NCBI GenBank assembly: GCA_030704615.1
Contig: CM060732.1
Coordinates: 62,000,001-62,064,000 of the forward strand
Direction: 5' to 3'
Length of the DNA stretch: 64,000 nucleotides
DNA from: Takakia lepidozioides
Lineage: Eukaryota; Plantae; Bryophyta
Shown here: piece after piece, positions 1-11,100 of the stretch
Layout: each line of letters opens with the position of its first letter
Numbering within the stretch: position 1 is the stretch's first letter
Notes under the pieces: generated by a model
Database searches by the model: none
Told to the model about the DNA's origin: nothing
The model's input: only the letters and a program-made list of their open reading frames with translations
Program-made: the position numbers and the translations under genes

Positions 1-2789
1 ATCATTCAATTTGTTTCTTCTTTTGAACTTTTGGTCACGGGGTGATTTCTCTATTGTTAGTCTCGTGGTAGGTCAATTGAGTGGTTTTTTTTTTAATTTT
101 TTTTAATTTTTTTAAAAATTATAAATAATTATTTATTTATTTTTATACATTTTTAGTAATTGGGTTCTGTCCCTTTTGTGGGAAATCTCATTGGCCCAAA
201 ATGGATTCAGCAAACAAAAGAACACTAGAGATATATACTTGAACATGTAAAATGTAAATCTATACATATGAACATGTTTCAGCAATACTATTCTTTCATG
301 TAGACATGTCACTTAGAGAGTCATGCATTTCATTTATGTTTTTCTCGCCTAGATGACGTCGTTTACCTCGTACTCCCCGACTATATAGGTACCGTCCTCC
401 ACTTGAGCTTCATCGGGCCGATAATCTAAACATCCGGGACGAGAACGATAGAAGGTTGTCATATTCAAGCATATGACCTTGAAAGATCTTGCTGTTTGTT
501 GTCTTCTGGACGAGGAACCCGTCCAAAGGAAACCACCTTGGAATAGAAAACTCTGGTGCACCTACATGATTACACTAGATGATCACATCAAGGATAATAC
601 TTGATTTCTCAATACACCAACCATCAAGTCTATCTAGAATTTGGACAAACCCTATCAGCTTTTGTAGAGAGTACAAGAACTGAAATTGAGTGTCATGTTG
701 CTTTCCTCAGTGAAGCCCTAGATCTCGTTTTCCTAAGACCCGAACAGTTTGTAAAAGCCCCGAGCCAGGAGTGTTTGCTTGCGGGTGGTGTAGAGTACAT
801 AATGTTGGGGCAATCCCTGGACCAGCAAGGGAATCTTGCTGTAAGGAGGGGAAACCAATAGTACAACCTTCATTTTGGGACAGATCAAAGGGTCATCCGG
901 CTGCAACGACGGCGACAGCGGGGCATGTCTCTTTTCTTTTCCGGATGGGAGCTTCATAGGGATGAATTTAGGGAACGATCGCACTCCAATTTCACTTGAA
1001 ACTACCCTAGGTACATTCGGGAGTCGAAGAGCACCCCGAAATCAAATCATCAACTCTGCATTTTTGAGGCTCCTAGCATTGAATTTACCCAAACAAGTCC
1101 CCCAAGTATTATGAGGCTTTAATATCATAGGGATGGAGACACCACTTGAAAGGCGAAGTCTCGGGAAGTTACTTTCACAATTGCCAGCAAATTGGGATGG
1201 ATGTCTAGAAGGAATTCAAGCCCTTCCAATTGAGCACTATAATATTTTCTCTTGTTCTTTTGTTAGTACAGTTTGGTTTTGTTTCCTGACAGTTTTGTGC
1301 AACGTAGAAACTACTAAACTATTCAATTCGTCGTCCACCTTTTAAACTTGAATAATTACAGAATATGACGGTCCTATGTGCTATGGGCTTCCTAAGGGTA
1401 TTGACATTATAATATATATGCAGAAAGGTCAGGTGCGTCAGATTCAACAACACCCATTGTCTTTCCTTTGTATTACATATATGAATTTTTTTTACTAACA
1501 GAAGGGAATAAGACATAAGTCACTTTGTTTGTAGCTTTATTCAAATGATCTCAAGAACGAGAGACAAAACGTATAAACACACGTGGACTCCTTTTGCGTA
1601 AAATGGGCCGACATCTTTTACTTTAGAAATGGTGGACATTGTAATCTCAAATTATGTGGTGGACTCTTTGGAACTTTATAACTTGCCCAACATCAATAGC
1701 AATAGACCAAGATATTAATCGGTGGCACTTGAAAGAATCGCAATTAGAAGACAAATGTTGATGTTGAATATCAAACCGACTCTTTGGTAGAGATGTTCAA
1801 GAACTGTTTTGCTCATCTTTCACAAGGTTCCAAATTGGTTGTTACTCTCAGTGGTTCTAATATCTTGATTATGGTCACTGAATTCCAAATCTGGCTTCAA
1901 TTGGAGTTGATCCAGTCACTCAAATCTTAAAAAATTGCCAAAAAATGCTATGATCAACTCTATTTTAATTATATGTGTACTGTTTGTTTTCCATGGACAA
2001 ACTTGCACCAAATGCAAGGACCCGACTTATGAGGAGATCTTCTGCCCCCTGCCACTCCATTTCGTGAGCCCAGCAAAAAATATTGCCTTCACAATTCACA
2101 TTGCTCAGTCCTTGACTAGTGATGCATAAACCGACTCAAGTATTTATTTGACAGCCTCCACATGATGAGAGCAGAGGAAGTGTATTCATGTTGATTGTTG
2201 TGGACTGACAAAGCTTGTAAATTAACAAACTTCAAGTTCAAGAGTAACGAAGGGGGGATTCTGTTTAGACAAACTAATAGGGCGGGAGACAAAAGCGCGA
2301 AAGACGCTGATTAGGTCTATGTTAGCAGAGTTGTACTTGCTCATCCTAAACCTAATGAATGTACCAACCCCCCCCCCCGGACCGAGGCCATTCTGTTGGG
2401 GGAGCCAGCTGCAGTCACCACCGCCTGTTAGAATTTAGTGAAAACTCTACAGCTAGGTCCTCCGACAGAATGGCCTCACTGCGCCGTTCCTAAGTGTAAA
2501 GGGACATGGCATGGGAATTCCTCCTTTATGACTCTAACATACAAAGGAATGTTTATATATATGACGCCTGACAGAGCTAGCGTAAATAAGAGCCTCTTCC
2601 CCTTGTGGGTACTACAAAGGAAAAATCAGCATCAACCTTTTAGGTCGGAGCTAGTTTAGCATAGATGACCATATAGTCCATTAGTCGTCATACTTTTTTT
2701 TTGCTACCGACAATACAATTACAAATATATATATATATATATATTATTAATGTTATTTAATAAAAAAAAACATTAAAACCGGTTGAAAC

Positions 2790-3613
2790 CAGTGTTGACC
2801 GGGTACCATGTTTTGAGCCCTCTTCCGGTCCCGGTTATAGCCTACTCTTTGAAAAAAATGGAGGGCGAGGGCAGGGTACGGTATACCAATAGGTTTAAAA
2901 AACATCTCGCTTACAGGTTCTCATTAAACACATGAATTTTTTTTTTGTCCGGTTCTCAATCTACCGGTTATGTCATCTTAAAAAATGTCGGTTCCATGGT
3001 ACCGGCCCTTATGGGATTCATCCATTTTTTTTTTTAAAAACTTTTTCTAGACTTTTTGTGTATGTATGTAAAACTACACAAAGAGGGCTGTGGCCTGGTG
3101 GTAAGCCACTCGTGTCTCGTGTGTTGGCCTGTGGATCTGATTTTCAAATGTTCAACCCCTGTCATCTATCTCTGGGGCCTCTGCCCTTGTAATACAATAA
3201 GCTTACAGCTTACAACTATTATTTTAGCCAAATGCCCAACTAATTAATTTCCTATCTACTTGGACATTCTCCCTAACCATTGTAAATGTATTGTAACTAG
3301 TAAGACATAACATTCCCCTCAGGATCTGTCCATCTGTAATGTTCTTAATTACCATCACCAACCCCCTACATGACTTGTATTATCTAGAACCGCCTCTACG
3401 ACATCCACATTTGTTCCAAATCTTGCTCCAGGTATAACATCCTTACAATCGCGATGCCGGTTCTCTAGCCGGTTAGGAAGCTCGATGGCTTTTGCCGGTT
3501 AGGAAGCATAGCCGGTTCCTACGGGGGGCTACACTTTCCGGTTGTGCATATGTGCATAACCGGCAAATAACCGCCGGATATGCATGTCCAGATGCCATAC
3601 CCGACCAACACTA
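2790..3613. mobile_element. Non-autonomous hAT-type DNA transposon (MITE)
   Basis: Imperfect terminal inverted repeats CAGTGTTGACCGGGTA / TACCCGACCAACACTA. Perfect 8-bp target-site duplication GTTGAAAC at 2782-2789 and 3614-3621 (8 bp is the hAT hallmark). ACCGG-rich subtermini. Related repeat units at ~4270 and ~4890 show the empty site. Confidence 0.8.
3084..3200 (+). mobile_element. Possible tRNA-derived SINE head nested in the hAT MITE
   Basis: Pol III A-box-like TGGCCTGGTGG (~3091) and B-box-like GTTCAACCCC (~3150). Boundaries uncertain. Confidence 0.35.
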
Positions 3614-5075
3614 GTTGAAACTTCGTTTTCTTCCTTTGACGTTTTTTCTTCTTTTGTTATTGGATTTATGTCTTGTCTTTCTTGCTTTCTTTCTTTCTTT
3701 CTTGCAGGGTTTATCGACTACTCTTTGTGAATTTTATTGACATAAAGGTCAAATTTGCATGAGTTCTATTTGAAAATCACCTCTATAGTGATTTAAGACG
3801 GTTTGTCAAAGTTGGATGGGGAATTACAGCGATGATCCAAAAACTTAAGGTTTGTAATTACAAGCCTTGTCAGTCCGCAACAATCAACATGAATGCACTT
3901 CCTCTGCTGTCATGTGGAGGCTCTCAAACAAATACTTGAGACGGTTTGTGCATCACTAGTCAAGGACTGATCAATGTGAATTGTGAAAGCAAGTATTTCT
4001 ACATGTCTTACTTTTCATTATTTGCTCAAGGTGGTTGTATAGTGTATTACAACAAGATAATGCCCACCCCTGAAAAAGGGCAGTAGCCGCAAGGCGAAGT
4101 GGCTCTTAGTTACACCGGCTTCGGCGGGAGTCTTCTTCTTATTACAACAAGCTACAACAAATGCAGTGTAACACATATACGCTCGAATCGTTCCCCCGTA
4201 AATTAATTTCCATTAGTTGAGCATTTGAGCTACCTTAATTTGCTAGTAATTAAAACTTTAAAACTTTAAAACTGGTTGAAATGTTTTCTTCCTTTGACGT
4301 TTCTTCTTCCTTTGTTATTGGATTTATGTCTTGTCTTTCTTGTTTCTTTGTTTGTTTCTTGCACTTGGAAAGAGGGTTTATCGACTCCACTTTGTGAATT
4401 TTATGGACATAAAGGTCAAATTTGCATGAGTTCTATTTGAAAATCACCTCTATAGTGATTTAAGACAGTTTGTCAAAGTCGGATGGGAAACTACAACAAG
4501 GCCTTGACCCTTAGACAATCCCTTGAGCAGTAGTTGCTTTTGGGCTGTTTTTTGGCTCTGGTTTTGTTTCCAGGTTAGTTAATTACAAGCCTTATCAGTC
4601 CGCAACAATCAACATGAATGCACTTCCTCTGTTGTCATGTGAAGGCTCTCAAATAAACACTTGAGACGGTTAGTGCATCGCTAGTAGTCAAGAACTGAGC
4701 AATGTGAATTGTGAAGAAGTCTTTCTACATGTCTTACTTTTCATTATTTGCTCAAGGTGGTTGTATTGTGTATTACAATAAGCTACAACAAATGCACATA
4801 TACATGCTCGGATGATTTCCCCGTAAATTAATTTCCATTAGTATGAGGGTATGAGCTACCTTAATTTGCTAGTAATTAAAACTTTAAAACCGCTTGAAAT
4901 GTTTTCTTCCTTCACGTTTCTTCTTCCTTTGTTACTGGATTTATGTCAAGTTGTCTTTCTTGCTTTCTTTGTTTCTTTCTTGCACTTGGAAAGAGGGTTT
5001 ATCGACTGCTCTTTGTGAATTGTATTGATATAAAGATCGAATTTGCACGAGTTGTATTTTGAAAATCACCTCTAC
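3614..5075 (+). repeat. Tandem duplication of a ~620-660 bp unit (~2.3 copies), with an inverted partial copy at ~2088-2230
   Basis: GTTGAAA..TTTTCTTCCTT..GACGTTT..GGATTTATGTC recurs at ~3614, ~4275 and ~4894. Segment 3850-3990 matches 4575-4715 and the reverse complement of 2088-2230. Confidence 0.85.
4057..4139 (+). mobile_element. 83-bp retroposed insert (truncated LINE/SINE 3' end) with 12-bp TSD
   Basis: Flanked by TATTACAACAAG at 4045-4056 and 4140-4151, and ends in (TCT)n. Absent from the paralogous unit at ~4771, which has a single TATTACAATAAG. Confidence 0.75.
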
Positions 5076-6136
5076 CATAGGTTCATAGCAGATTAGGCAC
5101 AAATTAATTTAAAAAAAAAATTGCCTAAGCAAATCTGTGATTTTTCAAGATTTATGCCTAAAAGGTTGGAAAAATAATGTGAAAGTGCCTAATTCAGTAA
5201 AAATTGTCTAGAAAAATCCTACTCTATATAATTTCTATTGAAAAAGAAAACCAAACAAATGCCTCCATAAATGTTCAAAAAGTATATGCCAACTCCCTAG
5301 GTCCATACAATCTCCAAAGGACCTTACAATGATAAGTACTAAGTACAGAATCAAGCATTACATAAGAGGATTTCCAAGTTAGCAAGATAAGTACTAAGGT
5401 ACGCAATTATTACTGCAGATTAAGGTGTGGGTATCAAGTTGTCACCGCCTTTTGTAGTTGGATTTCTCTCTCACTCTAAAAAGTCACTGCTTAATTCCAT
5501 CTCCTAGGCCAACCACTTGTCGGGGTCGTTCCAACGAGAGAGCAAAAAATTGAAGCACAATTTGAGCCCATTACCTTGTGATCTCGTGGTGAGTATGTTT
5601 GGGCCAGGATTTAGCCCGCGGGCTAAGAGTTGCGCTTGACCTAAGCTTGTCCCAGGCTGGGTTCCTCCATTGTTAGCCATGTCCACATTTGCGCCCGCAT
5701 CGTGTAGTGGGCTCTCGGACGCCATCTCCATGAGAAAAGTTTGTTTTTAAGGTTTGTCTTGGGGAAGTAGAGAGAGGGTATGCGTGACCTTTGGGGATGG
5801 AAGGAGAAGTTCTAAGTGATGAAAGGTGCCTAACACCAAATATTATGAATGAAAAGTGTCTAATTTCCATAAATCATTTTTTAAAGTGCCTAAAAAGAAT
5901 ATTCCAAATTTAATAATTATTGAATTTGGCGCCCAACTCCCAAGACATGGAGCTTTACAAGTATTTCCTTGTAGCTGTGGTCTGCCACTCTGCCTTCACT
6001 CTGCCTTGGTGGGTTCACATCTGCATTCTTTTCCAGTTCTCACGCTCTGGTCTTGTGTGGAGCTGAATCAGTATCATCAGTAGACGTCAGCTGAGTTCTG
6101 CTGCTTAGATTTAATCCGAAGTATCTCATCGTACAC

Positions 6137-6716
6137 ATGGACAATATCAGAGCCAAGCGCATCCGCCCTGGGACACTTGCGATGATGTCCAGGAGCTGAA
6201 GCGGATGCTGGCTGAGAAGGAGGAGGAGCTTGAGCAGGTGATCACTGAGAAGGATGACCAGCACGCCAGCTGCAGCAGCTACTGTCCAAGAAGCCAGTTA
6301 AGGCGACCCCTGCAGGGTCGACCGTTCACCAAGTTGGGACCACTCTGTCACCTAAACAGCTTGAGGGAACTGTCACGAAGCTGCGGAAGTCTATCCAGAA
6401 GCAAATCACCAGCCAGATGGTCTACAAGCCCGGCGTCAAGCATGGCTCAGCTCGACTTAAAGCGGAAGTTCCCAATGTGAGTGAGCAAGTAGTGAAAGCC
6501 ATCCTTGGTACTGACCTACTTGCAAAGGCCAAAGAGGGGCTAAAACAGTTGAAGGTGGATGCAACCAATGAAGAAGTGGAATGCCTGTTTCTCAATAGCT
6601 TCTCCAAGAGTCTGCGCTTTGGTGCAGACTTGCAGCTATCAAAGGGCCTCACTTTCGTGTTTGTCAAGCCGGACAACCACCTCAACGTGACTGGATCCTA
6701 TTTCATGCAGAAATAG
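6137..6716 (+). pseudogene. Intronless ~190-aa hypothetical protein (coiled-coil N-terminus plus compact C-terminal domain) broken by two frameshifts
   Basis: Frames join as MDNIRAKRIRP / DDVQELKRMLAEKEEELEQVITEKDDQ / RQLQQLLSKK...KQITSQMVYKPGVKHGSARL...TGSYFMQK*, with shifts near 6170 and 6262. Confidence 0.5.
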
Positions 6717-8127
6717 AGATTGCGTTGGCTTTTCACTTGCACCCCAAAACCTCGTGCTTCGGCTGCTCGATGGCTGGCCACTGGGGGCAATGTTTATATT
6801 TTGAGACTTTGTATAGGAAACCTGTACAGGATAGCCTTTGGCCAGATTTTGGTGTGAACTTCTTGATCCGAATGTCTAAGGCGTTTCCAATCTGTCAAAG
6901 TAGTTCATGAGAAGGACACAACAGACTTGTAGATGAGAACTCCTTGAATCTCTTTCTTTCAAACCAGTTTCTGGGTATGCAGAAGGGAATTGTGAGCATA
7001 ATATAACTTTTTGTTACTACATCTGCTGTGCTGTCCCCTGTGTCTTATCCTCAAGTTTCAGATGCAATATCCAAATCAAACTCGAAATGGCCAATTTATC
7101 AAAGCTACTTGACGTAGGCCAGATAGTCTGTGCATGATGTGTAAGCCTGTCAAGCAGTCGGAATTTTTTTTTTGTTTTAACCCTTTAACTCCAATGTGCT
7201 GAGGAAGAGCAAGTTAAGGGTCTAGTTTGTGACACTATACTAGTTTCACACAGCAGTTTAACCATCTCACAAATTGACAAGGCCACAACAGTTTCTGACC
7301 TGTTTGGCAGTCACATCCTCCCCATATCACAGTACAAAAAGCTTTGCCCCTTCCAGTTGCATCAATCATATTTTCTTTCCTTCACCCAGACTCCTTCCTG
7401 TCCTCTTTCTTATCACATGAAATTATTCCACATCTACCATATTACCCTTAGGATGTCTTATCCAATTCTTCTTAGTGAGGTTGCAAACCTTTTTGGATAC
7501 CTGATGCAATGGGTGACAGTTCAGACTGTAGCCTGTGAGGGACCTATGGCTTCCACATCCTTCCAGCTCAGTGGAATCAGGTCAACCTGACACAGAAGGC
7601 AGTTTGTGTTAGAAAGGCAATGGAGGGTGTAAACAGTGCGTTCCTATGCAAGAACGTCAGACTTGTGTGTAATGCATAGCTGAAACATTAGCACACCTGG
7701 ACATGATGTCCAGTGACTATCTATGATTGGCAAAGTTCAAAACCTTTGGACACATTCTGCACTACAAAAAAGCTCAATGGCTTCCATGAAAGCACAGCGG
7801 AGGAGAACGTCAAGAAGCTTTGCTAAGAGTGTCATTTCCAGGGGGATCCAGTGGATTAAGGCTCATCTGCCTTTTTGTACTTCGACTTCTGGATCCTTGC
7901 CCATTTGTAGCAAGGGACTACCAATGTTAATGATTGGCCCCACAAAATCTTTTCCCCATATTTGCCTCCCAATGATAAGGATCTGCCTTTGTTTTCCTCT
8001 TCCTCATCCACTTCATGAGCCATTCCTGGTTTGGAGACCGGTTGAGTGCCAGGATGTCTCAAGTCCAAAGCTTAACTAATAGTGCCTAACATGTGGGAGA
8101 CATTTCATCCCATCAAGTCAGCAAGAG

Positions 8128-11100
8128 TCAACAAGATTCATTTCTTCCCTTGTCTTGTTCATCATCTTGAGGAAGAGTTTCTGGTTCGGAAACCAGTGGA
8201 GAGCCAGGATATTCGAATTCATACACTTCATTAGCAGTCCCTACTGTGTTGGCAGGGGATAGATTTTCTTCCATGGAGCCATGCAAGGGGGCAACTGATT
8301 TCTTTTTTTCTTCCCTATCACAATCTACATCAAACCTGACTGGTTTGGAAACTGGCGGAAAGGATGGTTGTGAAGCTTCACTAACAGTCCCTAATGACTT
8401 GGAGCTAGACAGATCCTGGGCCACAGCACCCAGTGAGGGTGATGGAGCTCTGTCCCCTTCTTCCTCTCCGTTATCATCTTCAGAGAATGCCCCTTGTTTC
8501 AGTATCAGAGAGCCAGGCTCTGAAGCTTCTCCAACAGTGCCTGACGCATTGGCACAAGAATTCTGTTTTCCGGAGCCTTCCAAGGTTGGTGAATTTCCAT
8601 CTGTGTCTTCCTCTTCACCAACACCCTCATAAAATGTTCCCCGGTTGAAAATCAGTGGCGAACCCAGATCTTCCAAGTCCGAACTTTCACTAACAGTGCC
8701 AAGGGTGCTGGTGCGTGAGAGTGTCCTCCCCCCCCCAAAGAGTGACGCTGCATCATCATCGCCTTCATAAAATGTTCCTTGTTTGAAAATCAGTGGAGAG
8801 CCTGGATCTTCTAAGTCTGAAACCTCACTAACAGTACCTAGTGTGCTGGAGCGAGAGAGTCTCCTTTTCATGGACCCCCTCAACATTGATAGTGCTTCGT
8901 CATCGTCTTCATAAAATGTTCCTCGTTTGAAAATCAGTGGAGAGCCTGGATCTTCCAAGTCTGAAACTTCACTAGCAGTGCCTAGTGTGCTGGAGCGAGA
9001 GAAAATCCTTATCATAGAGCCCCTTGAGGGCGAAGGAGCTCCATTTCTATCTTTTCCATCACTGTCTTCATAAAACCTTCCCTGCTTGAAAATCAATGGA
9101 GAACCAGGATCTTCCAAATCTGAGATTTCGCTAGCGGTGTCGAGCATGCTCAAGCAAGAGTGATATCTTCGCAGGGAGCCCTTCATGGGTGATAGATATC
9201 CGATTTTCTCTTCATCTTGGTCATCTTGATAAAATGTTCCTCGATTGAAAATCAGCGGAGAGTCAACAGATTCTAAGTCTGAAGCTTCATCATGAGAGCC
9301 AAATGTGTCAGCACGAGAGAGGTTTCGTTCAACCGAGGCCAAGCATCCTGTGTCTTTGTCTGTATCTGAGCTATCTTGATAGAATCTTCCCTGCTTGAAA
9401 ATCAGGGGAGAACCATCTTCATCATTGTCATCATACTCGTCATCCTTCTCCAGGACATCATCTAAATCTATGTATTCTTCCTCTGCTGTACTTACCGGTA
9501 AGGTGTCCTCTCCTTTCTCGATGTCCGTGTCATTATCCTCTTCTTTTTCATCTGAGAAGTCAGGGTGCTTGTATGCGTTCCGGAGGAAGACCGCCAGATT
9601 CAAGTCTGGTTCTTTTTCTCTCTCAACCGTGTCTCTCTCCATGGCATCCTGGAAAGGACAACAAATATAGCAAATTATACTCCATATGAGACTGAAACAC
9701 TGCCAAGAAACCCATCTGCTTCTGCTTGCAGCACAGATATTAGAATCATAATCTAGTGAACTCCATTGAGACTGAAAGACTTCTAAGAGAAGGAATTTTT
9801 TGCAAACTCTGAATGTTTTATAGCCATTAAGAATAATCTAGCACTGTATGGATGCCAAACTGATGTATGATACCCTCCCTCCAACTGTCTGTTGGCTGGG
9901 TAGGGACACATACCAGTAACTCTAACATAAGAAAAAGAGTGGAACCCCACCCACAGTGTGGCAAGTGCTGTAACCACTGAACAGAAAACATTTTGGAATC
10001 TCAACAGAAAGACACATGCTGTCACAGACATTAGAAGAGATCCATGACCAACTAGCAGTAACTGGCAGAAAGACCAGAGGAACATTTAGATTACCCACCT
10101 CTAAAGGATAGTTTTTGAATGCAGGCTCAAACCGATTTTTGCAATAAGCATGGAAAAACAATGTCAAAATCGGCAGGGCAATCATGAATGGTGTGGAGCT
10201 GCAAGCCTCCTTTATATAGTTCAATATTCTACTCCTTACAGAGTTTCCTCCAGCTTTTTTCACAAATGATATAGGGCCTTGGATGAGGAACAAGCCAATA
10301 AGAATCAGGTGTTCAAGTATCATCGAAGCTATGATGCGACCATGGACATGTGGCCAGAACGCCCCTGCACTCTCGTAAGTGGGGTCATATACATTGATAA
10401 TCTGTTTGCACAGCCAATCCCAACAGCATGACTTAATAGAACAAGCAAGACAACTGTTGTAGTGTCTCCTGTTAGGAAGTGGGCCCTTAACTCAATAACA
10501 GCGACTTAAAGTGCATGCCGGTTCTTCCTTGCAGACCTGCAAACTTCTCAAATGAACGAGTTCATGCAAAAAGTATTTCTCCAAATCATTCATCTAAACA
10601 TTTATCATCAAACAGTATGAGAATAGAAAGGCAGTTCTAACAGCACCTTGGGCAATAACTACTGCAAACGAAAATACAGGGACAGACAGCCCACCTGATG
10701 GCGATAAACAATATAAGCAAAGCCAAAAAAGGCAATGATGAAAGGGATAATGATGGGTGTGATGATCGAATAAACCAGGCCCATCAAAAAGTAGAGCTGC
10801 AGCTGGGGAAGTGTATCATTCAGACTAATTGTGCCAGGGTCCGCTGCTTGAAGTCGGTCCCTCTCTGTTTTCACAAACAGAGTGTTCTTCACATGGTAAA
10901 TGACCAGGGGGAAGATCCGAATGATCTCCCCTGCGGGCCCAGACCACCCATCAACCATTATATATGTGATGAAGAAGGACGCCTTCATGGGGATGGAATA
11001 CGCAAGTGTCTTCAGAAATCTGAGGAAGAAATACCACATTTTGCAGTAAGATTACATCTCTTCAGTTTTCTCTTCTGCTCTCTCTGCCACTAGAGGAAAC

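Noticed and set aside
349-1930. Short minus-strand ORFs that look like a decayed TE or gene
   Set aside because: Many stops and no motif I can assign to a family.
2384-2478. ~20-bp inverted repeat GAGGCCATTCTGTTGGGGGA / TCCTCCGACAGAATGGCCTC
   Set aside because: Could be a MITE core or a miRNA-like hairpin, but there is no TSD, family match or expression evidence.
7177-7224. TTAA-CCCTTTAACT...AGTTAAGGG piggyBac-like mini inverted repeat (similar TTAACCCTTAAGGG at ~27258)
   Set aside because: The right side is followed by TCTA rather than TTAA, it is too short, and no partner terminus was found.
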